Positions 29,079 to 41,052 of a stretch of DNA of 46,863 bases are shown piece by piece; position 1 is the stretch's first letter; every line of letters begins with the position of its first letter. The notes beneath the pieces were generated by a model. It searched no databases and was not told the origin of the DNA. It was given only the letters and a program-made list of their open reading frames with translations. The position numbers and the translations under genes were made by a program. Where the stretch lies: the IMG/VR virus record IMGVR_UViG_2541047864_000006; one strand, written 5' to 3'. The stretch comes from a virus (Duplodnaviria > Heunggongvirae > Uroviricota > Caudoviricetes).

Positions 29079-29424
29079 TTTTCAGAATGCCTTTGATGCC
29101 GCCCTTGCCGGGGTGGACAGTACGATTGTTGAAGTGATGGGCATCAGTGCGCAGTTCACCTCCGGTGCACAGCGTGGCGGCGAGGTTCATGGCGTTTTTG
29201 ACGATCCGGAGTCGCTGGGTTTTGCCAGTAGTGGGATCCGTATTGAAGGAAGCAACCCGTCATTATTTGTGCTTACGGATACGGTTTGTGCTGTACGGCG
29301 TGGTGACACGCTGACCATTAACGGCGAGATATTCTGGGTGGATCGTGTTTCTCCGGATGACGGAGGGAGTTGTTATCTCTGGCTCAACCGGGGGCAACCA
29401 CCTGCCGTTAACCGTCGCCGCTGA
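29071..29424 (+). CDS. FII: Head completion protein FII
   Basis: 117 aa; C-terminus FWVDRVSPDDGGSCYLWLNRG...AVNRRR matches lambda FII by recall. Confidence 0.8.
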   Translation: MRDFQNAFDAALAGVDSTIVEVMGISAQFTSGAQRGGEVHGVFDDPESLGFASSGIRIEGSNPSLFVLTDTVCAVRRGDTLTINGEIFWVDRVSPDDGGSCYLWLNRGQPPAVNRRR

Positions 29425-29434
29425 AAGGGGATGT

Positions 29435-30013
29435 ATGGCCATAAAAGGTCTTGAGCAGGCCGTTGAAAACCTCAGTCGTATCAGCAAAACGGCGGTGCCG
29501 GGTGCCGCCGCAATGGCCATTAACCGCGTTGCTTCATCCGCGATATCGCAGTCGGCGTCACAGGTTGCCCGTGAGACAAAGGTACGCCGGAAACTGGTAA
29601 AGGAAAGGGCCAGGCTGAAAAGGGCCACGGTCAAAAATCCGCAGGCCAGAATCAAAGTTAACCGGGGGGATTTGCCCGTAATCAAGCTGGGTAATGCGCG
29701 GGTTGTCCTGTCCCGACGCAGGCGTCGTAAAAAGGGGCAGCGTTCAGCCCTGAAAGGTGGCGGCAGTGTGCTTGTGGTGGGAAACCGTCGTATTCCCGGC
29801 GCGTTTATTCAGCAACTGAAAAATGGCCGCTGGCATGTCATGCAGCGTGTGGCGGGGAAAAACCGTTACCCCATTGATGTGGTGAAAATCCCGATGGCGG
29901 TGCCGCTTACCACGGCGTTTAAACAGAATATTGAGCGGATACGGCGTGAGCGTCTTCCGAAAGAGCTGGGCTATGCGCTGCAGCATCAACTGAGGATGGT
30001 AATAAAGCGATGA
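29435..30013 (+). CDS. Z: Tail completion protein Z
   Basis: 192 aa from ATG 29435 (AAGGGG SD); position between FII and U. Confidence 0.8.
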   Translation: MAIKGLEQAVENLSRISKTAVPGAAAMAINRVASSAISQSASQVARETKVRRKLVKERARLKRATVKNPQARIKVNRGDLPVIKLGNARVVLSRRRRRKKGQRSALKGGGSVLVVGNRRIPGAFIQQLKNGRWHVMQRVAGKNRYPIDVVKIPMAVPLTTAFKQNIERIRRERLPKELGYALQHQLRMVIKR

Positions 30014-30405
30014 AACATACTGAACTCCGAGCAGCCGTACTGGATGCACTGGAGAAGCATGACACCGGGGCGACGCTTTTTGATGGTCGCCCCGCTGTTT
30101 TTGATGAGGAAGATTTTCCGGCAATTGCCGTTTATCTCACCAGCGCTGAATACACGGGCGAAGAGCTGGACAGCGATACCTGGCAGGCGGAGCTGCATAT
30201 TGAAGTTTTCCTGCCTGCTCAGGTGCCGGATTCAGAGCTGGATTCGTGGATGGAGTCCCGGATTTATCCGGTGATGAGCGATATCCCGGCACTGTCAGAT
30301 TTGATCACCAGTATGGTGGCCAGTGGCTATGACTACCGACGCGACGATGATGCGGGCCTGTGGAGTTCAGCCGATCTGACTTATGTCATTACCTATGAAA
30401 TGTGA
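30010..30405 (+). CDS. U: Tail terminator protein U
   Basis: 131 aa; lambda gpU-like. Confidence 0.85.
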   Translation: MKHTELRAAVLDALEKHDTGATLFDGRPAVFDEEDFPAIAVYLTSAEYTGEELDSDTWQAELHIEVFLPAQVPDSELDSWMESRIYPVMSDIPALSDLITSMVASGYDYRRDDDAGLWSSADLTYVITYEM

Positions 30406-30412
30406 GGACGAT

Positions 30413-31153
30413 ATGCCTGTACCAAATCCTACAATGCCGGTGAAAGGTGCCGGGACCACACTGTGGGTTTATAAGGGGAACGGTGACCCTTATGCGAACC
30501 CGCTTTCAGACGTTGACTGGTCGCGTCTGGCAAAAGTTAAAGACCTGACACCCGGCGAACTGACCGCTGAGTCCTATGACGACAGCTATCTCGATGATGA
30601 AGATGCGGACTGGACTGCGACCGGGCAGGGGCAGAAATCAGCCGGAGATACCAGCTTCACGCTGGCGTGGATGCCCGGAGAGCAGGGGCAGCAGGCGCTG
30701 CTGGCGTGGTTTAATGAAGGTGATACCCGTGCCTATAAAATCCGCTTCCCGAACGGCACGGTCGATGTGTTCCGTGGCTGGGTCAGCAGTATCGGTAAAG
30801 CGGTGACGGCGAAGGAAGTGATCACCCGCACGGTGAAGGTCACCAATGTTGGACGCCCGTCGATGGCTGAAGATCGCAGTACGGTGACGGCAGCAACCGG
30901 CATGACGGTAACGCCAGCCAGTGCTTCCGTAGTGAAAGGGCAGAGCACCACGCTGACCGTGGCATTCCAGCCGGAAGGTGTAACCGACAAGAGCTTCCGT
31001 GCGGTGTCTGCGGATAAAACAAAAGCCACCGTGTCGGTCAGTGGTATGACCATCACCGTGAACGGCGTTGCTGCAGGCAAGGTCAACATTCCGGTTGTAT
31101 CCGGTAATGGTGAGTTTGCTGCGGTTGCAGAAATCACCGTCACCGCCAGTTAA
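30413..31153 (+). CDS. V: Major tail protein V (with C-terminal Ig-like domain)
   Basis: 246 aa from ATG 30413; lambda gpV-like. Confidence 0.9.
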   Translation: MPVPNPTMPVKGAGTTLWVYKGNGDPYANPLSDVDWSRLAKVKDLTPGELTAESYDDSYLDDEDADWTATGQGQKSAGDTSFTLAWMPGEQGQQALLAWFNEGDTRAYKIRFPNGTVDVFRGWVSSIGKAVTAKEVITRTVKVTNVGRPSMAEDRSTVTAATGMTVTPASASVVKGQSTTLTVAFQPEGVTDKSFRAVSADKTKATVSVSGMTITVNGVAAGKVNIPVVSGNGEFAAVAEITVTAS

Positions 31154-31168
31154 TCCGGAGAGTCAGCG

Positions 31169-31582
31169 ATGTTCCTGAAAACCGAATCATTTGAATATAA
31201 CGGCGTGACCGTCACGCTTTCTGAACTGTCAGCCCTGCAGCGTATTGAGCATCTCGCCCTGATGAAACAGCAGGCAGAATCCGACAGTAACCGGAAGTTT
31301 ACTGTGGAAGACGTCATCAGAACCGGCGCTTTTGTGGTGGCGATGTCTCTGTGGCATAACCATCCGAAGAAGACGCAGATGCCGTCCATGAATGAAGCCG
31401 TTAAACAGATTGAGCAGGAAGTGCTTACCACCTGGCCCACAGAGGCAATTTCTCATGCTGAAAACGTGGTGTACCGGCTGTCCGGTATGTATGAGTTTGT
31501 GGTGAATAATGCCCCTGAACAGGCAGAGGACGCCGGGCCTGCAGAGCCTGTTTCTGCGGGAAAGTGTTCGACGGTGAGCTGA
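31169..31582 (+). CDS. G: Tail assembly chaperone G
   Basis: 137 aa; lambda gpG-like; ends just after slippery heptamer. Confidence 0.85.
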   Translation: MFLKTESFEYNGVTVTLSELSALQRIEHLALMKQQAESDSNRKFTVEDVIRTGAFVVAMSLWHNHPKKTQMPSMNEAVKQIEQEVLTTWPTEAISHAENVVYRLSGMYEFVVNNAPEQAEDAGPAEPVSAGKCSTVS

Positions 31583-31998
31583 GTTTTGCCCTGAAACTGG
31601 CGCGTGAGATGGGGCGACCCGACTGGCGCGCCATGCTTGCCGGGATGTCATCCACGGAGTATGCCGACTGGCACCGTTTTTACAGTACCCATTATTTTCA
31701 TGATGTTCTGCTGGATATGCACTTTTCCGGGCTGACGTACACCGTGCTCAGCCTGTTTTTCAGCGATCCGGATATGCATCCGCTGGATTTCAGTCTGCTG
31801 AACCGGCGCGAGGCTGACGAAGAGCCTGAAGATGATGTGCTGATGCAGAAAGCGGCAGGGCTTGCCGGAGGTGTCCGCTTTGGCCCGGACGGGAATGAAG
31901 TTATCCCTACTTCCCCGGATGTGGCGGACATGACGGAGGATGACGTAATGCTGATGACAGTATCAGAAGGGATCGCAGGAGGAGTCCGGTATGGCTGA
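31169..31998 (+). CDS. T: Tail assembly chaperone G-T fusion made by programmed -1 ribosomal frameshift
   Basis: Slippery heptamer GGGAAAG at 31558-31564 near 3' end of G; T-frame ORF 31564-31998 lacks its own start. Confidence 0.7.
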
Positions 31999-34552
31999 AC
32001 CGGTAGGCGATCTGGTCGTTGATTTGAGTCTGGATGCGGCCAGATTTGACGAGCAGATGGCCAGAGTCAGGCGTCATTTTTCCGGTACGGAAAGTGATGC
32101 GAAAAAAACAGCGGCAGTCGTTGAACAGTCGCTGAGCCGACAGGCGCTGGCTGCACAGAAAGCGGGGATTTCCGTCGGGCAGTATAAAGCTGCCATGCGT
32201 ATGCTGCCTGCGCAGTTCACTGACGTGGCCACGCAGCTTGCAGGCGGGCAAAGTCCGTGGCTGATCCTGCTGCAACAGGGTGGTCAGGTGAAGGACTCCT
32301 TCGGCGGGATGATCCCCATGTTCAGGGGGCTTGCCGGTGCGCTCACCCTGCCGATGGTCGGGGCCACCTCGCTGGCGGTGGCGACCGGTGCGCTGGCGTA
32401 TGCCTGGTATCAGGGCAACTCAACCCTGTCCGATTTCAACAAAACGCTGGTCCTTTCCGGCAATCAGTCGGGGCTGACGGCAGATCGCATGCTGGTCCTG
32501 TCCAGAGCCGGGCAGGCGGCAGGGCTGACGTTTGACCAGACCAGCGAGTCACTCAGCGCACTGGTTAAGGCGGGGGTAAGCGGTGAGGCTCAGATTGCGT
32601 CCATCAGCCAGAGTGTGGCGCGTTTCTCCTCTGCATCCAGCGTGGAGGTGGACAAGGTCGCTGAAGCCTTCGGGAAGCTGACCACAGACCCGACGTCGGG
32701 GCTGACGGCGATGGCACGCCAGTTCCATAACGTGACGGCGGAGCAGATTGCGTATGTTGCTCAGTTGCAGCGTTCCGGCGATGAAGCCGGGGCATTGCAG
32801 GCGGCGAACGAGGCCGCAACGAAAGGGTTTGATGACCAGACCCGCCGCCTGAAAGAGAACATGGGCACGCTGGAGACCTGGGCAGACAGGACTGCGCGGG
32901 CCTTCAAATCCATGTGGGATGCGGTGCTGGATATTGGTCGTCCTGATACCGCGCAGGAGATGCTGATTAAGGCAGAGGCTGCGTTTAAGAAAGCAGACGA
33001 CATCTGGAATCTGCGCAAGGATGATTATTTTGTTAACGATGAAGCGCGGGCGCGTTACTGGGATGATCGTGAAAAGGCCCGTCTTGCGCTTGAAGCCGCC
33101 CGAAAGAAGGCTGAGCAGCAGACTCAACAGGACAAAAATGCGCAGCAGCAGAGCGATACCGAAGCGTCACGGCTGAAATATACCGAAGAGGCGCAGAAGG
33201 CTTACAAACGGCTGCAGACGCCGCTGGAGAAATATACCGCCCGTCAGGAAGAACTGAACAAGGCACTGAAAGACGGGAAAATCCTGCAGGCAGATTACAA
33301 CACGCTGATGGCGGCGGCGAAAAAGGATTATGAAGCGACGCTGAAAAAGCCGAAACAGTCCGGCGTGAAGGTGTCTGTGGGCGATCGTCAGGAAGACAGT
33401 GCTCATGCTGCTCTGCTGACGCTTCAGGCAGAACTCCGGACGCTGGAGAAGCATGCCGGAGCAAATGAGAAAATCAGCCAGCAGCGCCGGGATTTGTGGA
33501 AGGCAGAAAGTCAGTTCGCGGTACTGGAGGAGGCGGCACAACGTCGCCAGCTGTCCGCACAGGAGAAATCCCTGCTGGCGCATAAAGATGAGACGCTGGA
33601 GTACAAACGCCAGCTGGCTGCACTTGGCGACAAGGTTACGTATCAGGAGCGCCTGAACGCGCTGGCGCAGCAGGCGGATAAATTCGCACAGCAGCAACGG
33701 GCAAAACGGGCCGCCATTGATGCGAAAAGCCGGGGGCTGACTGACCGGCAGGCAGAACGGGAAGCCACGGAACAGCGCCTGAAGGAACAGTATGGCGATA
33801 ATCCGCTGGCGCTGAATAACGTCATGTCAGAGCAGAAAAAGACCTGGGCGGCTGAAGACCAGCTTCGCGGGAGCTGGATGGCAGGCCTGAAGTCCGGCTG
33901 GAGTGAGTGGGAAGAGAGCGCCACGGACAGTATGTCGCAGGTAAAAAGTGCAGCCACGCAGACCTTTGATGGTATTGCACAGAATATGGCAGCGATGCTG
34001 ACCGGCAGTGAGCAGAACTGGCGCAGCTTCACCCGTTCCGTGCTGTCCATGATGACAGAAATTCTGCTTAAGCAGGCAATGGTGGGGATTGTCGGGAGTA
34101 TCGGCAGCGCCATTGGCGGGGCTGTTGGTGGCGGCGCATCCGCGTCAGGCGGTACAGCCATTCAGGCCGCTGCGGCGAAATTCCATTTTGCAACCGGAGG
34201 ATTCACAGGAACCGGCGGCAAATATGAGCCAGCGGGGATTGTTCACCGTGGTGAATTTGTCTTCACGAAGGAGGCAACCAGCCGGATTGGCGTGGGGAAT
34301 CTCTACCGGCTGATGCGCGGCTATGCCACCGGTGGTTATGTCGGTACACCGGGCAGTCTGGCTGACAGCCGGTCGCAGGCGTCCGGGACGTTTGAGCAGA
34401 ATAACCATGTGGTGATTAACAACGACGGCACGAACGGGCAGATAGGTCCGGCTGCTCTGAAGGCGGTGTATGACATGGCCCGCAAGGGTGCCCGTGATGA
34501 AATTCAGACACAGATGCGTGATGGTGGCCTGTTCTCCGGAGGTGGACGATGA
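31991..34552 (+). CDS. H: Tail tape measure protein H
   Basis: 853 aa; lambda gpH-like along its length by recall. Confidence 0.95.
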   Translation: MAEPVGDLVVDLSLDAARFDEQMARVRRHFSGTESDAKKTAAVVEQSLSRQALAAQKAGISVGQYKAAMRMLPAQFTDVATQLAGGQSPWLILLQQGGQVKDSFGGMIPMFRGLAGALTLPMVGATSLAVATGALAYAWYQGNSTLSDFNKTLVLSGNQSGLTADRMLVLSRAGQAAGLTFDQTSESLSALVKAGVSGEAQIASISQSVARFSSASSVEVDKVAEAFGKLTTDPTSGLTAMARQFHNVTAEQIAYVAQLQRSGDEAGALQAANEAATKGFDDQTRRLKENMGTLETWADRTARAFKSMWDAVLDIGRPDTAQEMLIKAEAAFKKADDIWNLRKDDYFVNDEARARYWDDREKARLALEAARKKAEQQTQQDKNAQQQSDTEASRLKYTEEAQKAYKRLQTPLEKYTARQEELNKALKDGKILQADYNTLMAAAKKDYEATLKKPKQSGVKVSVGDRQEDSAHAALLTLQAELRTLEKHAGANEKISQQRRDLWKAESQFAVLEEAAQRRQLSAQEKSLLAHKDETLEYKRQLAALGDKVTYQERLNALAQQADKFAQQQRAKRAAIDAKSRGLTDRQAEREATEQRLKEQYGDNPLALNNVMSEQKKTWAAEDQLRGSWMAGLKSGWSEWEESATDSMSQVKSAATQTFDGIAQNMAAMLTGSEQNWRSFTRSVLSMMTEILLKQAMVGIVGSIGSAIGGAVGGGASASGGTAIQAAAAKFHFATGGFTGTGGKYEPAGIVHRGEFVFTKEATSRIGVGNLYRLMRGYATGGYVGTPGSLADSRSQASGTFEQNNHVVINNDGTNGQIGPAALKAVYDMARKGARDEIQTQMRDGGLFSGGGR

Positions 34553-34878
34553 AGACCTTCCGCTGGAAAGTGAAACCCGGTATGGATGTGACATCGGCTC
34601 CTTCCGTCAGGGAGGTGCGCTTTGGTGATGGCTATTCCCAGCGTGCGCCTGCCGGGCTGAACGCTGACCTGAAAACGTACAGCGTGACGCTGTCTGTCTC
34701 CCGTGAGGAGGCCACGGCGCTGGAGTCGTTTCTGGCTGAGCACGGGGGCTGGAAGGCCTTTCTGTGGACGCCGCCTTATGGTTACAGGCAGATAAAGGTG
34801 ACCTGCGCAAAATGGTCGTCGCAGGTCAGTATGTTGCGTGTTGAGTTCAGCGCAGAGTTTAAACAGGTGGTGAACTGA
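34549..34878 (+). CDS. M: Minor tail protein M
   Basis: 109 aa; lambda M position and size. Confidence 0.9.
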   Translation: MKTFRWKVKPGMDVTSAPSVREVRFGDGYSQRAPAGLNADLKTYSVTLSVSREEATALESFLAEHGGWKAFLWTPPYGYRQIKVTCAKWSSQVSMLRVEFSAEFKQVVN

Positions 34879-35576
34879 TGCAGGATATCCGGCAGGAAAC
34901 ACTGAATGAATGCACCCGTGCGGAGCAGTCGGCCAGCGTGGTGCTCTGGGAAATCGACCTGACCGAGGTAGGCGGGGATCGCTACTTTTTCTGCAATGAG
35001 CAGAACGAGAAAGGAGAGTCTGTCACCTGGCAGAGTCGGCAGTATCAGGCCTATCCCATTCAGGGGAGTGGATTTGAGATGAACGGCAAGGGCAGTGCTG
35101 CCCGTCCGACACTGACGGTTTCTAACCTGCACGGCATGGTCACGGGGATGGCGGAAGACCTGCAGAGTCTGGTCGGCGGAACGGTGGTCAGGCGTAAGGT
35201 TTACGCCCGTTTTCTGGATGCGGTGAACTTCGTCAACGGAAACAGCGACGCCGATCCGGAGCAGGAGGTGATCAGCCGCTGGCGCATCGAGCAGTGCAGC
35301 GAACTGAGTGCGGTCAGTGCCTCCTTTGTGTTGTCCACACCGACGGAAACGGACGGCGCTGTTTTTCCGGGACGTATCATGCTGGCCAACACCTGCACCT
35401 GGACCTATCGCGGCGATGAGTGCGGTTATCACGGTCCGGCGGTCGCGGATGAATATGACCAGCCAACGTCCGATATCACGAAGGATAAATGCAGCAAATG
35501 CCTGAGCGGTTGTAAGTTCCGCAATAACGTCGGCAACTTTGGCGGCTTCCTTTCCATTAACAAACTTTCGCAGTAA
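34878..35576 (+). CDS. L: Minor tail protein L
   Basis: 232 aa; lambda L-like. Confidence 0.9.
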   Translation: MQDIRQETLNECTRAEQSASVVLWEIDLTEVGGDRYFFCNEQNEKGESVTWQSRQYQAYPIQGSGFEMNGKGSAARPTLTVSNLHGMVTGMAEDLQSLVGGTVVRRKVYARFLDAVNFVNGNSDADPEQEVISRWRIEQCSELSAVSASFVLSTPTETDGAVFPGRIMLANTCTWTYRGDECGYHGPAVADEYDQPTSDITKDKCSKCLSGCKFRNNVGNFGGFLSINKLSQ

Positions 35577-35580
35577 TCCC

Positions 35581-36324
35581 ATGACAGAGACAGAATCAGC
35601 GATTCTGGCGCACGCCCGGCGATGTGCGCCAGCGGAGTCGTGCGGCTTCGTGGTAAGCACGCCGGAGGGGGAAAGATATTTCCCCTGCGTGAATATCTCC
35701 GGTGAGCCGGAGGAGTATTTCCGGATGGCTCCGGAGGACTGGCTGCAGGCAGAAATGCAGGGTGAGATTGTGGCGCTGGTCCACAGCCACCCCGGTGGTC
35801 TGCCCTGGCTGAGTGAGGCTGACCGGCGGCTGCAGGTGCAGAGTGATTTGCCGTGGTGGCTGGTTTGCCGGGGGGCGATTCATAAGTTCCGCTGTGTGCC
35901 GCATCTCACCGGGCGGCGCTTTGAGCACGGGGTGACGGACTGTTACACGCTGTTCCGGGATGCTTATCATCTGGCGGGGATTGAGATGCCGGATTTTCAT
36001 CGCGGGGATGACTGGTGGCGTCACGGTCAGAATCTCTATCTGGATAATCTGGAGGCCACAGGGCTGTATCAGGTGCCGTTGTCAGCGGCGCAGCCGGGCG
36101 ATGTGCTGCTGTGCTGTTTTGGTTCATCGGTGCCGAATCATGCCGCCATTTACTGTGGTGACGGCGAGCTGCTGCACCATATTCCTGAACAACTGAGCAA
36201 ACGAGAGAGGTATACCGACAAATGGCAGCGACGCACACACTCCCTCTGGCGTCACCGGGCATGGCACGCATCTGCCTTTACGGGGATTTACAACGATTTG
36301 GCCGCCGCATCGACCTTCGTGTGA
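35581..36324 (+). CDS. K: Tail assembly protein K (JAB/MPN + NlpC/P60-like)
   Basis: 247 aa from ATG 35581; HSHP metal-binding motif; lambda K-like. Confidence 0.9.
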   Translation: MTETESAILAHARRCAPAESCGFVVSTPEGERYFPCVNISGEPEEYFRMAPEDWLQAEMQGEIVALVHSHPGGLPWLSEADRRLQVQSDLPWWLVCRGAIHKFRCVPHLTGRRFEHGVTDCYTLFRDAYHLAGIEMPDFHRGDDWWRHGQNLYLDNLEATGLYQVPLSAAQPGDVLLCCFGSSVPNHAAIYCGDGELLHHIPEQLSKRERYTDKWQRRTHSLWRHRAWHASAFTGIYNDLAAASTFV

Positions 36325-36863
36325 AAACGGGGGCTGAAGCCATCCGGGCGCTGGCCACACAGCTCCCGGCGTTTCGTCAGAAACTGAATGAGGGCTGGTA
36401 TCAGATACGGATTGCCGGGCGTGATGCAGGTGAAACCGAATTATCAGCTCGTCTTAATGAACCGCTGGCGAATGGAGCAGTGATCCACATCGTGCCGCGT
36501 CTGGCAGGAGCCAAAAGTGGCGGTGTGTTTCAGGTAGTGCTGGGAGCTGCTGTTATGGCGGTTGCTATATGGATGCCGGGGGTAGGAATAATGGCGAGTA
36601 ATCTGCTGTTTTCTCTCGGTGCCAGTATGACACTGGGTGGTGTTGCACAGATGCTGGCACCGAAAGCCAGAACTCCCCGTACGCAGGCAACGGATAACGG
36701 TAAGCAGAACACGTATTTCTCCTCACTGGATAACATGGTTGCCCAGGGCAATGTCCTGCCCGTTCTGTACGGTGAAATGCGCGTGGGGTCGCGGGTGATT
36801 TCGCAGGAAATCAGCACGGCAGATGAGGGGGATGGTGGTCAGGTTGTGGTGATTGGCCGCTGA
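36222..36863 (+). CDS. I: Tail assembly protein I
   Basis: 213 aa overlapping K 3' end as in lambda. Confidence 0.85.
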   Translation: MAATHTLPLASPGMARICLYGDLQRFGRRIDLRVKTGAEAIRALATQLPAFRQKLNEGWYQIRIAGRDAGETELSARLNEPLANGAVIHIVPRLAGAKSGGVFQVVLGAAVMAVAIWMPGVGIMASNLLFSLGASMTLGGVAQMLAPKARTPRTQATDNGKQNTYFSSLDNMVAQGNVLPVLYGEMRVGSRVISQEISTADEGDGGQVVVIGR

Positions 36864-36920
36864 TGCAAAATGTTTTATGTGAAACCGCCTGCGGGCGGTT
36901 TTGTCGTTTATGGAGTGTGA

Positions 36921-40322
<3,402 letters not shown>

Positions 40323-40338
40323 ATTTTATAACCCAGAA

Positions 40339-40366
40339 CGGGCGTCAGAAATGACGCCTTTTTTAT
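40339..40366 (+). terminator. Rho-independent terminator after J
   Basis: Perfect stem GGCGTCA/TGACGCC with GAAA loop then TTTTTT. Confidence 0.7.
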
Positions 40367-40388
40367 TGCAGAAAAGCGAGAGGTAATT

Positions 40389-40988
40389 ATGCGTAAATTA
40401 TGTGCTGTTATTCTGTCTGCAGTAGTCTGGCTGGTCGCCGCTGGTACGCCAGCGAGTGCAGCAGAGCATCAGTCCACACTAAGCGGCGGGTATCTTCAGT
40501 CCCATACTGATATGCCCGGCAACGATGACCTGAAGGGCATTAACGTGAAATACCGTTATGAATTTACGGACACGCTGGGGCTGGTGACGTCATTCAGCTA
40601 TGCAGGAGACAAGAATCGCCAGATTACCCGTTACAGCGATACCCGCTGGCATGAAGATTCAGTGCGTAACCGCTGGTTCAGCGTGATGGCGGGGCCGTCT
40701 GTACGCGTGAATGAATGGTTCAGTGCTTATGCGATGACGGGTGTGGCTTACAGCCGTGTTTCGACGTTCTCCGGGGATTATCTCCGCGTAACTGACAACA
40801 AGGGGAAAACGCACGATGTGCTGACCGGAAGTGATGGCGGTCGCCACAGCAACACGTCTCTGGCGTGGGGGGCTGGCGTGCAGTTTAACCCGACCGAATC
40901 CGTGGCCATTGACCTTGCTTATGAAGGTTCCGGCAGTGGCGACTGGCGCACTGACGGTTTCATCGTGGGTGTCGGTTATAAATTCTGA
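40389..40988 (+). CDS. lom: Lom outer-membrane protein (Ail/Lom family beta-barrel)
   Basis: 199 aa with signal peptide; Ail/Lom-like sequence; lambda lom position. Confidence 0.85.
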   Translation: MRKLCAVILSAVVWLVAAGTPASAAEHQSTLSGGYLQSHTDMPGNDDLKGINVKYRYEFTDTLGLVTSFSYAGDKNRQITRYSDTRWHEDSVRNRWFSVMAGPSVRVNEWFSAYAMTGVAYSRVSTFSGDYLRVTDNKGKTHDVLTGSDGGRHSNTSLAWGAGVQFNPTESVAIDLAYEGSGSGDWRTDGFIVGVGYKF

Positions 40989-41014
40989 TTAGCCAGGTAA
41001 CACAGTGTTATGAC

Positions 41015-41042
41015 AGCCCGTCGGTTCAGGCGGGCTTTTTTG
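41015..41042 (+). terminator. Putative rho-independent terminator after lom
   Basis: GC-rich stem (AGCCCG/CGGGCT) followed by TTTTTT. Confidence 0.5.
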
Positions 41043-41052
41043 TGGAGTGGAT

